Positions 10,336 through 20,601 of a stretch of DNA of 43,938 nucleotides are shown piece after piece (within the stretch, counting starts at the first letter, position 1; every line of letters starts with the position of its first letter). The translations under genes and the position numbers were made by a program. Origin of the DNA: Craspedostauros australis (taxonomy: Eukaryota); the NCBI GenBank assembly GCA_030167865.1, contig JALAGF010004238.1, positions 1-43,938 on the forward strand. The letters run 5' to 3'. The notes under the pieces were generated by a model that was not told the DNA's origin, searched no databases, and worked only from the letters and a program-made list of their open reading frames with translations.

Positions 10336-13205
10336 TTACAGGTCATCATCCAAGTGCTTGCTGGGTGTCGGATCGCCCAGCACGGTCAGCTCGTCCTCCG
10401 TAAATATCTTTGGCAAGATCTTCGACCGTATTATCATGAGCAGCCCGATCATGCTGGGGAAGAAGATGGACGTCGCCGGATTCTGCTTGAAGCACCACAG
10501 ACCGATGAGACACATAATTTGGATTGTCGTGAACAGCACCATGCGCTTGCGGCCCATCATCTTCAGGGGATGATCATCCGCCAATCGTTCCGATTCCACA
10601 AGGGCGTCGCGCATGCGTTGCAGGAAGGAGTTGCCGCTCATCAATTTACGTCCCAGGAACAGGAAGACGCCCGACACGACAGGGATTGGCACGATCCGCA
10701 GCAGCGGTAGCAATCCGAGCGTTCCGAAGATGAACGCGTGCACGAGGAAACCCGTTAGTCTCGTTTCCGTCACTTTCACAATTTCGATCTCTTCCGTTTT
10801 TGGATTGAATTTGGTTTCTGTCATCGCCCGCACATGATTCATGGATTGCACCGTCGCCCCGCACATCCATGGCAACCCCAACAAGGAAACAGCTGAATAC
10901 ATTCATTGGTCGGGTGATGGGTTGTTGTTGCCGTTCAACATGATGGAACGGAATAGGATGAGTATTGAGCACGAACTGAACTGAAATCGAAGTGCGGCAT
11001 AACAGAGCACAGCACAATACATCATCATGCAATGACACAACGCGACATAACACGACACAATACATGACAATATTCGTTCTCACAAACTTACCGCCCGTGA
11101 TGAGACCCAGCGCCACCATGTCCAGATTGTACGCTGCTCCCTTCTTGAGCTTGTTGTCTGGATTGTTGACCACCCGCACGCTGATGTTCTGATCCATGAA
11201 GAAGAGAGATGTGAGCAGGATGGCCGGCAGGCTGCACAGCATGCGCACCTGCAGCGGGATGGAATTGATGGGAATCAAGAAATTACGCCCAGCAGCCAGC
11301 TGGAATGTGTCGGGGACGGTCAAGGTTTGGATGGCATACTTTTTGAGAGACGGCAGCGTATTGACGAAGGACATGAAGACAAAGATGGTGACGGGTCCGA
11401 AATCTTTGACGGTCGTGCGAACTTGTTGAGAGAGATATTTGCTGCTTTCGAAAGCCGTCGCCTTCATGGTGGTCCAGAAGGTAATCAACGCCATGGCCAA
11501 CGATATGAAGGGACTCGTGAGGTTCATTGGGTCGGCATGTTCGAAGTTCCTTTTGAGAGACGCGACGGCCTCGTAGATGAAGTTGAGGCTGAGAAGTCCG
11601 TTGAAGATCTCGTCAGTAAATCGTGTGCAAAAGCGAATGAATTGGCTTGATCCGCCCAGTCCCAGCAAGCAGAGGAAGAGACTCGTCCAGATGCCGACCC
11701 AGGAGTAGACCGGGAAGAATGGCAGTCCCCTGAGAGTGCAGAACCGGAACAATCCCGAAATGAAGGCCAGCGTGAGCCCTGTGGGAGCGATGAAGGCCAT
11801 CGGTTGTCCGCATATGATGGAATATGCCTGTTGGGTGGTTGCATGGTTGCATGGTCGTTGTTGTTGGAAGTCGTGGAGAATTGCAGTGCAAAGACGAATT
11901 GTGTGAGACGGATTTGACGCGATACACATACCACTTTCTGCTTCGCTGCTGCTGCTGCCGTCATTTGTTGTGAATAGAGTACTCTGGAAATACAAGAGCA
12001 ACAACAACACCATCATGGACTCACCATGCCACTCGCTCCGGCGCTCATGACGAATTCAACGACGCCGAGTGAATTGTTGGTGATTTGCGATGCTATTGTT
12101 CCGAAGCTGACCGCTGGCGCAAGGCAGGCGAAGTAGAGAAAGAGGATGGCAGGAATTGCTTTCTTCTTGTTGCGAAGTCCATCCACCCAATCAGAGACGT
12201 AGTGCGGTTTTCGTCGACGAATGTCGTTGCTGTGGCGAGATTGAGAATCAAGGGAAGAAATGCGGAACACATGAGGAGAATAAAATGTGAGGACAATTGG
12301 ACTTGGGTGTGATGATGATGATGCGTGTGCAGAATGGATTGCATTCACATGGCATCCTCCAAAAATTCGTTGCCCGTCGCCGATAAAAATTGCAATCCAT
12401 CGTCTTGAGATTGTTCGTCGTTTGTCGTTGCGCCAAAACGATGCTTGCTTGATGCAATCCTGATTGACTCCTCCGTCATGCGGGCATGACGACTGCACAA
12501 AAAGTCAAAGCTGAGCGAACGAACGAACGAACGAACAACGCGGATCGCAGAAAATGCTTGAGGAACGTACATCATGCGTTTTGACAATGGCTTCGCCTGC
12601 GTGATCCAGCTGTAATCCTTCCCGCTGAGCTTCTCCTGCTCATCGAAGAATCGTTTGGTGATGTAGAGTGAATTGTTGAAATTGCTGTGGATGCCATCGG
12701 CACCAATTGAGCCGTTGACGCCATTGCCGGATCTTCGGAATTTGGCCTTGAGACGGCCCAAAACTGACGAGAAGGGAAAGGACATGGCCATGGTGGCGGC
12801 AGCATTCAAGGATGTTGTTGTTGATGATGATGGTCTGATGTTGCTCAATGGATCGATTCGCTGCTTCCGTTGTTGCTGTTGTTGTGATGGTTGATGAGAT
12901 CGATTGGTGGCCGTTCTGACCATGCCTGTTGGTGTTCTGATGGATGATGATGAGAATGAGAATGCGAAAGAAGCTGGAGAGAATGCATCACAGCAGGATC
13001 TTCGGCTGGCCAAGGTCAGCACCAGAAGGTAAGCCACCGAGGACATGAGGAGGCGTCCATTGTGTCTGCATCTATGCCGCTGCGCTGGTCTCCGTCGGAT
13101 CTGCTGCTGCTGTTCTTTTGTGTTGATGTTGTGAAGGTGTTCATCATCATGGCAATCGCTGCTGTACTGTTGTCTGTGTGCATCCGCCGATGGTATGGCC
13201 CGCAT
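10336..13205 (-). CDS. SLC4: SLC4-family bicarbonate/anion (BOR1-like) transporter, probably plastid-targeted; exons 13205 (or 13046)-12571, 12492-12349, 12229-12025, 11827-11092, 10892-10336
   Basis: Four GT-AG introns restore one frame: NDIRRRKPHYVSDWVDG, FLYFACLAPAVSFG, YSIICGQPMAFIAPTG, FCTRFTDEIF, FMDQNIS..NKLKKGAAYNLD, GLPWMCGATVQSMNH, VTETRLTG. The presequence MSSVAYLLVLTLASRRSCCDAFSP starts at ATG 13046. Confidence 0.92.
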
Positions 13206-14068
13206 GGTTCGTTTTACAATTGTGAGTTGGCGTCTATGTTTGGTAGTTCGTATGCGATCCTGTATCGGTGCGTCCCCTTTTTTGTGGCAACAACACCGTA
13301 TTAGTATTGGTATTGGTACTGTGCTCCGTGGTATGTTGTCTTCGGTTGTGCAGCTGTTGATGCGATGCTGATGCGAATCTTTGGAGCTAACCGAAGGTCG
13401 GAAGGAAAGTACGCTGCGTGTTCTTCCGTTCTTCGTTTCAGTTTCGCAATCTGCTGCGTTTCAGTATCGAGCCCTGTTCCTCCACTTCGCAAGGAGTCCA
13501 ATTCGACTTGATGTGCACCAAGAGAGGTCAAGGGAGGAGCTCTATCGTCTTCCAATTCCTCTTGGCGAAGATCTTGAGAAACCTTGGAGCGAAAGACTTT
13601 TCGCGCTTTGATGTGTGATGCGTTTCTGTGATGCACACGATGACCGCAACAAGCGACGAATTCGTTCAACGTGGATTGGTTGGAGACTCTCAGTCCAGGC
13701 GCAGTTGGTGTTGTATCGATCGCTGAGTTCCTCTCTGCCTCTGCCTCTGTCTATGTTTCTATCTATCGATTAGGATGGCCTTTCTTGATCGGTGATGCCA
13801 TTTCCAATGTGATGGAAGTCCTCCGATGTGCTCTCTTGTTGATGGCTGCGATCGTGATGATGGGTCCCTGCCCCTTCTTTGATTTTCCCTCTTGGCTCGA
13901 ATTCGATTTGGCGCACACGATTTTGATGGCTGCCGATCCTGGTGCGTGTGGCCACCACGGTGAGCGTTATGCCGTGTGGTTTCAGAAAGCCAAGGAACGC
14001 GGTCATTTCATTGGCTGTTCTCCAAGTTCTGCGGTTGTGTCCATCACCAACCACACCCAACCGCTGAT

Positions 14069-14202
14069 TGACGCACACACATGTCATCCCCACCACCACC
14101 TGTTTCATGACGTCACTGCCAAACGCAACGAACAACACTGTCTAATCCGGTCACGAATCCTGAATCTTCTTTCATTTCTTTTGTTCGTGACTGACAACGT
14201 CA
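14069..14202. promoter_or_regulatory. Cluster of CCRE/CRE-like bZIP sites upstream of SLC4
   Basis: TGACGC at 14069-14074, palindromic TGACGTCA at 14108-14115 and ACGTCA at 14197-14202. A G-box CACGTG lies nearby at 14253-14258. Confidence 0.45.
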
Positions 14203-14486
14203 TGGGATCCGCAATTGCGATCTGACATCATGTTTTCTGTGTCCGTTTTTATCACGTGCGCGATATTCGGACAAGTTGATAAAACATTGGAAGCTAAGTG
14301 GAAATAATTAATACTATGTAGTATGTTTATTGTCTTTGATCATCCGTAGATACATCTAGAAGTCTAGAGACAATTGCTTGCTCGTTCTTCGACCGCAGTT
14401 TTGCCAAAGTACTATTCTCCAGACGCCGCAAACGCAGTGCGTCGCTTCTCAGCACTCTATTTCAACTAAACATCATAATTATGTAC

Positions 14487-16514
14487 TCATGCGTACATCC
14501 CGCCATCCACCAGTCGTTTGTAGGCCCGACGCCTGGAGCATGTTTCCCACTCCTGCCGACTCACGCTCCATTCTGTGTGTGCAGTCGCGTTGCGCACCAT
14601 CCAACGCGCTCCATCCCACGCGGCACGCAACGGATCTTCCGTGACGCCGACAACCAAGTCCAATTCGTTCGGCACGAGCTGTCGCAGCTCCTTTTGCAAT
14701 CGTTCCTTCAGGTTGGGCAATTGGCAGATGCCGCCCGTCAGCAGGATGCTCTTGTACAGCGCGGGACGGTACGGTTTGGGACAGCTTTGCACAGCTTGGT
14801 GAACGGCGACGGCCAATCCGACCAGGTCCGTCGTCAGACCGGCATCCAAGGGACGGAAGAGAACTTCGGGAACGGTGAATCGCTCCACAGAGATGCGCAG
14901 CAGCTGCTGTTCCATCTCCATCTCACGTTTGCGGCGTTCTTCTTCGGCGCGCTGTTGCATGATTCGCTGTCGTTTCTGTGCTGGCGTTTCTTCGTCCTCG
15001 TCCTCGTCCTCGTCGTCGGAGTGGATCATATCCGTGGCGTTGTGACTGTCCGTAGCGTCGATATCATTGTCGTCACCACCATCTCCATCTCCATCATCGT
15101 CGTCGTCGTCGTCGTTATCCCCGTCGTTCTCGTTGTAATCGTCATCCTCTTCTTCCTCATCGTCGTCCTCGTTACCCATCGTTGCCGCAGTCACTTCACC
15201 CTGCTTCTGCTCCGCTTCCATCTGCCGTTGCAACTGCGGTGGCAGCTGGATCTGTCCTTCATGCGTCGTCTGATAATCCGGCAGCACGTAATCGCGATCA
15301 TACCTGCGTATCTTGGATTGCCGCGCCAACTGCAGCTCCGCATCATAATCCAACGACACGTACATGAGCCGTTGAAAGACGTCCGTCAAGATGAATTCTT
15401 GATCCATCAAGTTGTACTGTCGGTACGTCATGTAGTACTTCATCATGTTGATCATGTGCCTGCCGCCGATGGGGATGCGGCGGTATGCTGGCTTGTTGCT
15501 TTTGGCATGCGATATGAGCTTGGATTGGAAGGTCGGCACGATCTGTGTGGCGCTCCAACCCAGATCGACGCAGACGCAGGTTTTGTAATCGTCATGACGA
15601 TTTCGCACGGAGGCGCAGGCTTGGGAGACGGCGAATCCGACATGCGAAACGCCGAAATCTTCCATCCAAACATACATGATCTGATCCAGGAGGATCCTTG
15701 GATAGTTGGGTGGCAAAAGGAGCAGGACCGCCAATGCATGTGATGGTACCAGGCTTGCGTTGCCGTTCTGTTCGGCATCCATCGTATTCTCGGTTGCATT
15801 GTCGTCGTCCGTCGTTGCCGCAGCTTGCTGCTTCCGCTTCCTCTTGTTGGCGGCCGCCTTGCCTTTCTTGCCGCCCCCGACCATCCAACCAAGCGCCTTG
15901 GCAGCTTCGGAGTTGGTGGGATACGAGACATTGAGCTTGTTCAGTACCCGCTTCCATACCTGCGCTTGATTTCCCATGTTACAAATGATGCCGCGTTCCG
16001 TGGATCGGGTGTGCGAATGCAGGGACGTGGGGTTGTTGACCTGGGACAGTTCATCGCCCACTAGCACCGTAAGCTGATGTGGCAGCCGGGCCGTGACGTT
16101 CGGCAACATTTGCGCCTGCTCATCAGAGTGCGCCCAACCGTACTTGAGAGTGCTGCCACCGTTGTCGATGATGATGGTCGCTGTTGGTGGTGGCGTGGAT
16201 GCTGGCGGCGTTGCTTCTTCTTTTGCCTTTGTTTTTGCTTTTGCCTTCGTCCTCGAGCGAGATCTGGCGCCGGTTGCTCTCGCCTTGGTGGCTGATGGTG
16301 GCGGTGATGCCACTGATGCTGATGCTGCTGCATCTTCCTCTGTTGCTACTGCTGCTGCTGCCGCTGCTACTGCTTGCCTAGTTGTCTTCGGCGATCTCGT
16401 TGCTCGAGATGTCCTCGTTGTCCTGGTGGAGGGAGGCTTCGCGGGTGTGCGTCTCCGTTTGGGGGCAGCCGCCGCCTTTTCCGTCGTGTCTTTCACGCTC
16501 GCTGCTTTTGCCAT
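14487..16514 (-). CDS. ARP6: Actin-related protein 6 (SWR1 complex subunit)
   Basis: IIIDNGGSTLKYGW, VCVDLGWSATQIVP, RRIPIGGRHMINMMK, YRQYNLMDQ, DYVLPDY, ERFTVPEVLFRP and SILLTGG..LPNLKERLQKELRQLVP all follow the Arp6 pattern. Confidence 0.88.
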   Translation of the reverse strand: MAKAASVKDTTEKAAAAPKRRRTPAKPPSTRTTRTSRATRSPKTTRQAVAAAAAAVATEEDAAASASVASPPPSATKARATGARSRSRTKAKAKTKAKEEATPPASTPPPTATIIIDNGGSTLKYGWAHSDEQAQMLPNVTARLPHQLTVLVGDELSQVNNPTSLHSHTRSTERGIICNMGNQAQVWKRVLNKLNVSYPTNSEAAKALGWMVGGGKKGKAAANKRKRKQQAAATTDDDNATENTMDAEQNGNASLVPSHALAVLLLLPPNYPRILLDQIMYVWMEDFGVSHVGFAVSQACASVRNRHDDYKTCVCVDLGWSATQIVPTFQSKLISHAKSNKPAYRRIPIGGRHMINMMKYYMTYRQYNLMDQEFILTDVFQRLMYVSLDYDAELQLARQSKIRRYDRDYVLPDYQTTHEGQIQLPPQLQRQMEAEQKQGEVTAATMGNEDDDEEEEDDDYNENDGDNDDDDDDDGDGDGGDDNDIDATDSHNATDMIHSDDEDEDEDEETPAQKRQRIMQQRAEEERRKREMEMEQQLLRISVERFTVPEVLFRPLDAGLTTDLVGLAVAVHQAVQSCPKPYRPALYKSILLTGGICQLPNLKERLQKELRQLVPNELDLVVGVTEDPLRAAWDGARWMVRNATAHTEWSVSRQEWETCSRRRAYKRLVDGGMYA

Positions 16515-16974
16515 GGTTCACAATCTCACGCGTACTCTAGAGTAGAGGAGGGTGTGACTCTATGCTGCTACGAGTACTGATACGATAGAGTTATCGTCAA
16601 CGTAGCTAAGCCCCTCACCGTATCGGTGCATGCCAGAAAGTGAGGCTGCCAACAACGAAGATCAGCGCGGAGTTTGTTTGGTGTGTGTTGTGCAAAAGTC
16701 ACTCTTGTTTCGCTCGGAGAGTTGAGCAAGATCTAATCGAACGAATCGGAGATGGCCATTTTGGCGCCAGAATCCAGCAAAATCGATCATCGAGATCCTC
16801 GTGTTCTGTTTCTCGTGATGACTGCGGTCTTTCCGTGGGAGCATCATCGCTTGTGATCGACTATTGATGCCACAAGCAAATCACCACATGCCTCTTCCTA
16901 TTCATCTCATAGAGAAAGTTGATCATTTCCCACAAGCCAAGTATCAAAAGAGACATCCAAAAGAAACGTCCAAC

Positions 16975-18138
16975 ATGATCTCTTCCTTCACACAACGCAT
17001 CCCATCCAACTGCAGAATCTGGACACGAACTCGCTGGCTTCGACCATCGTCATTGACCTCATTATCATCACCATTGTCGTCGTCGTCTTCGTCATCGTCA
17101 TCGTCGTCATCGTCATCGTCGTCATCTGTGAGCGAAGCCACATCCACATTCCGATCCTTCACAACATCAAGAACAGCACAGAAAGCAGCAGCAGCATCGC
17201 CGGCATCATCGTACCTCCGTATCGACCCAGCTGTACAAGAGGCATTGGACAACCACAAACCCGTCGTCGCTCTCGAATCCACGATCGTCGCGCACGGCTT
17301 CCCTTACCCGGACAACTTCGAATTGGCCTGCACCATAGAAACCATCTTGCGCGACGAGCATGACGTGACACCCGCCACGATTGCCATGCATGACGGCCAA
17401 TGCCGCGTGGGATTATCCGTCGATGAACTGCGGGAACTGGCAACGGCAGGACGCGCCGTCCCCAAATGCTCAACGCGCGACATCCCGTTAATACGCAAAG
17501 GTTGGGCCGCCACGACCGTGGCATCGACCATGCGCATCGCGCACATGGCCGGCATCGCGACCTTCGTGACGGGCGGCACGGGTGGCGTGCATCGCGATGG
17601 GCACAATTCGATGGACATCTCGGCCGATCTCTTGGAATTGTCGCAAACGCCCGTCGTCGTGGTCTCGGCCGGCATTAAGTCCATCTTGGACATCCCGCGC
17701 ACGTTGGAAGTGCTGGAGACGAACGCGGTGCCCACCGTGAGCTGGCAGAGCGACGAATTCCCGGCCTTCTTCTCGCCGCATTCGGGTTGCGCGTCGCCAA
17801 TGCGGATGGATACGGCGAGCGACGTGGCGCGGTCGTACTGTATGGCGCGTGCGTTGGGCATGCGGCAAGGTATGCTTGTCGCCGTACCGAATCAGGATCC
17901 TGCGGGCGAGGCCGTGGAGGATGCCATTCAAGGGGCCTTGCGGGAGGCGGCGCAGCAGAATATCGTTGGTCAAGATGTGACGCCCTTCATCCTGCAGCGT
18001 GTGGCGGAGTTGACGGATGGTGACAGTTTGCGCAGTAACAAGGCGTTGGTACAAGCGAATGCCAAGGTGGGAGCAGCGATCGCCAAGGAGATTGCAATTG
18101 CAGCAGAAGTAGCAGCAGCGGCAGCGTCAGGGCAATGA
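16975..18138 (+). CDS. psuG: Pseudouridine-5'-phosphate glycosidase (PsuG/IndA family), stand-alone, with transit-peptide-like leader
   Basis: Motifs PVVALESTIVAHG, AATTVASTM, FVTGGTGGVHR, DISADLLEL, KSILDIPRTLEVLET, VTPFILQRV and SLRSNKALV. The R/S/T-rich leader starts at ATG 16975. Confidence 0.93.
   Translation: MISSFTQRIPSNCRIWTRTRWLRPSSLTSLSSPLSSSSSSSSSSSSSSSSSVSEATSTFRSFTTSRTAQKAAAASPASSYLRIDPAVQEALDNHKPVVALESTIVAHGFPYPDNFELACTIETILRDEHDVTPATIAMHDGQCRVGLSVDELRELATAGRAVPKCSTRDIPLIRKGWAATTVASTMRIAHMAGIATFVTGGTGGVHRDGHNSMDISADLLELSQTPVVVVSAGIKSILDIPRTLEVLETNAVPTVSWQSDEFPAFFSPHSGCASPMRMDTASDVARSYCMARALGMRQGMLVAVPNQDPAGEAVEDAIQGALREAAQQNIVGQDVTPFILQRVAELTDGDSLRSNKALVQANAKVGAAIAKEIAIAAEVAAAAASGQ
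17075..17127 (+). repeat. (TCN)n trinucleotide run encoding poly-Ser in the PsuG leader
   Basis: The run tcgtcgtcgtcttcgtcatcgtcatcgtcgtcatcgtcatcgtcgtcatct is directly visible. Confidence 0.8.
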
Positions 18139-18412
18139 TAGGGTAGTTGCAATAGAACAGATGCAGAAGGATTCAGGAATAAACTGAGGAGCATTCATTA
18201 TCCGGCCTTGTGCACACACACAATTCAGAAACTTCCGCAACAAGAATAGCAACAACATGGAGAGTGCTGTGTTTGGTTTCGATTTATATTGCTTCGCATA
18301 ACTGCGTAACTGGCGCTGCTACGATACTGATAACGAACAAGAGTGGTTTCATTTCATGCCAAGTTCATTGCATGTTCACCTGATTTCTTCTCCTCATCTC
18401 ACTCCACACATT

Positions 18413-19687
18413 TTAAAGTTCTCCGCCCAGCCGCATCATCTTTTCATCCTCTTCGTCCATAATTTCCATGAGGATTTCCTGTTCAATTTCTTCCGCCGTT
18501 TTTGCTGGCTTGGTTTCCTCCTTGGTTGGTTCATCATCTGGAGTTGTTGATGTTGCCGCCTCCTCATCAGCTTCTTCTTCCTTTGCGTCTTCTGCAAGCT
18601 CAGCTGCTTTTTCATCTTCTTGTTGCTCTGCCGCTATTGGTTCCTCTTCGGCCTTGTCATCTGTCTTGTCATCTGCCTTGTCATCGGCAGCAACAGATTC
18701 ATCTGCAGCCTCGTTGTCGACAACCGGTTCACGAGCAACCGGATCTTCGGCGGATTCAGGGGTAGTTTCTGGAACTGTCTCCTCTTCCAGTTCCTCCTTC
18801 GTTGATTCCGCTGTGTCCGCTGGAATTTCTTCTTCTGCTGCTGGAGCATCGTCTTCGGCTGGCTTTGACTCTGTATCCACATCTGCGGACTCGGCAGATT
18901 CTTGCGTGAGCTGCTCTTCGGTTGGTTCTTCAGCGCTGTCGGCGTCTTTTGGAGTTGCGCCATCGGCCACAGCCTCTGATCCAGAATCTGCTTCGTCTTC
19001 ATCGTCTGCGGCAGGTGTCTCTTCCTCTTCTTCTGTCGTAGCTGCAGATTCTGCTGCCTCATCTTTATTTTCGGTCACCTCAGTCTCCTCCGCAACTTCC
19101 TCTTCTTCGACTGCTGGCGTGTCTTCCTCTGAAAGATCTTCGACAATTTTTTCGGCAGCCTCTTCGTCCTTGACTTCATCCTCTGCTTCTTCTTGTTCTG
19201 CTTCAGCCTCAACTTGATCAACTTGCGCCGCCGCGGCAACGACTTCTTCTCCTTCTGTCTCCACAACAACCGCCTTGGGTTGAATGTGAAAGGTCACCCC
19301 GGCCGTCGCATTCTGAAGAACGGCCGTGGGCGGCGCGTGACTCCGAACGGCAAATCCGCGCAATGCCAACAACGTGCCGCCGACCGTCAGAAAGGCAATG
19401 AAGAAGACATCGTGCGTCCACTTGCGACGGCGTGTGCGATCGATGACGTTGCTGGCATCGTAAAAATTGTCGTCTTCTTCGGGTTTGGTCGTCTGGAAGA
19501 TCTCCGACGGAATGTCGTCGTCGTCGTCTGGCACCGGCGGCTGGTAGAAACTGCCGCGCGTTCGCACAGAGGCAACGGTCTCGTTGTCATTGACCTTGTG
19601 CGGATCGCAGAATCCGCCGAACAGTTTCATCAGAGGAGAAGTTGCTTTGCGGCTCTTGCGGCCTTTGCTATTCTTGACGCTTCCCAT
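18413..19687 (-). CDS. Single-pass membrane protein with long Glu/Ala/Asp-rich low-complexity domain, unknown function
   Basis: A 424-aa ORF. Basic RTRRRK precedes the hydrophobic segment VFFIAFLTVGGTLLAL, followed by about 280 acidic residues and the C-terminus MMRLGGEL. Confidence 0.7.
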   Translation of the reverse strand: MGSVKNSKGRKSRKATSPLMKLFGGFCDPHKVNDNETVASVRTRGSFYQPPVPDDDDDIPSEIFQTTKPEEDDNFYDASNVIDRTRRRKWTHDVFFIAFLTVGGTLLALRGFAVRSHAPPTAVLQNATAGVTFHIQPKAVVVETEGEEVVAAAAQVDQVEAEAEQEEAEDEVKDEEAAEKIVEDLSEEDTPAVEEEEVAEETEVTENKDEAAESAATTEEEEETPAADDEDEADSGSEAVADGATPKDADSAEEPTEEQLTQESAESADVDTESKPAEDDAPAAEEEIPADTAESTKEELEEETVPETTPESAEDPVAREPVVDNEAADESVAADDKADDKTDDKAEEEPIAAEQQEDEKAAELAEDAKEEEADEEAATSTTPDDEPTKEETKPAKTAEEIEQEILMEIMDEEDEKMMRLGGEL

Positions 19688-20601
19688 GGTTGGCGTATTT
19701 GTTTGTGTTTGTTGTTGTTGTTGTTGTTGTTAGAGAGTGATACGAGTACTGTTCTGGCAGAATTGGAGACAGCAAAGAGAGTGGAGGCGTCACCTTGGGA
19801 ACACAAATGAGGCCAACTTTGCTTGAGAACACGAGTGTGGTGGAGCCGACTGATGTGCAGACGAATTGAGCAGCGGGAAGAGGTGGCTGAACGTTGGAGT
19901 GAGTGCTTCAGCTGTTGCGTCGGCTGTTTGTGATGATGATGATGATGATGCTGTTGGTTGGTGTCAGAGTGAGAACCTGTGGCAAAGCAGGTCAGGGGAT
20001 GCGAAAGTCAAGGAACAAGGATAGTGGGTGGGCGTCCCAACAACGTGCACCAAGAAACAAGAAGCAACGAATGAACCGCGTGGAACGAAGAATCTTCGTG
20101 TTCCCAAACAACCAGCGTGCTCAGAGTCAACAGAGAACCAGCCGTGAACAAACAAGAAGCGTTTCCATTCGCTTGCGTCTTCCTCCTGTCTTCTCTCTAC
20201 TGACTGGATGGAAGATGCGTTATCAATAACCTCTTCTTAACGTCAATTCTTGCCACCAACAATTTCGGCCATCGTGGTTGGTGTTCGTGGATTCCGTTCA
20301 GGAACACGCCGGATTGAACAATGCTATCAGCGATGGTGATAGAGAAATCTAATGCAATCGAAACTAGACCGTAGTCAAGATTGCCCCACGCCATTCTATT
20401 TGTTGTGTTGACGAGTTCTATGACATCGGTGTTACAGCAGCAGCACTATAATCGCCATCACTTCGGTAAAGACGACGCAACACTGCACTATGACGCAATG
20501 TGCTTTGCAGCGGTGTCGATCACTCTACTCGCATTGTAAATCTCCTTTTTGTGAGCAAGTTGAGCTCCTTCAGTCAGTCAGTCAGGTCGCAATGCAGATA
20601 T

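Noticed and set aside
13301-14225. Several 120-184 aa ORFs between SLC4 and ARP6
   Set aside because: They have non-ATG starts and no motifs or coding-like composition. The region is more likely SLC4 5' UTR or promoter, although a small gene or lncRNA cannot be excluded.
14230-14287. Imperfect hairpin (ATGTTTT..TGTCCG..TATC / GATA..CGGACA..AAAACAT)
   Set aside because: The stems are short and interrupted, there is no second copy or target-site duplication, and this is not enough to call a MITE or ncRNA.
14481-15743. 420-aa plus-strand ORF with hydrophobic runs
   Set aside because: It is antisense to ARP6, and the Val/Ile/Leu runs simply mirror the Asp/Glu codons.
19711-20229. (GTT)n and (GAT)n runs and a 108-aa ORF
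   Set aside because: These are ordinary microsatellites in 5' non-coding DNA, and the ORF has no coding signal.
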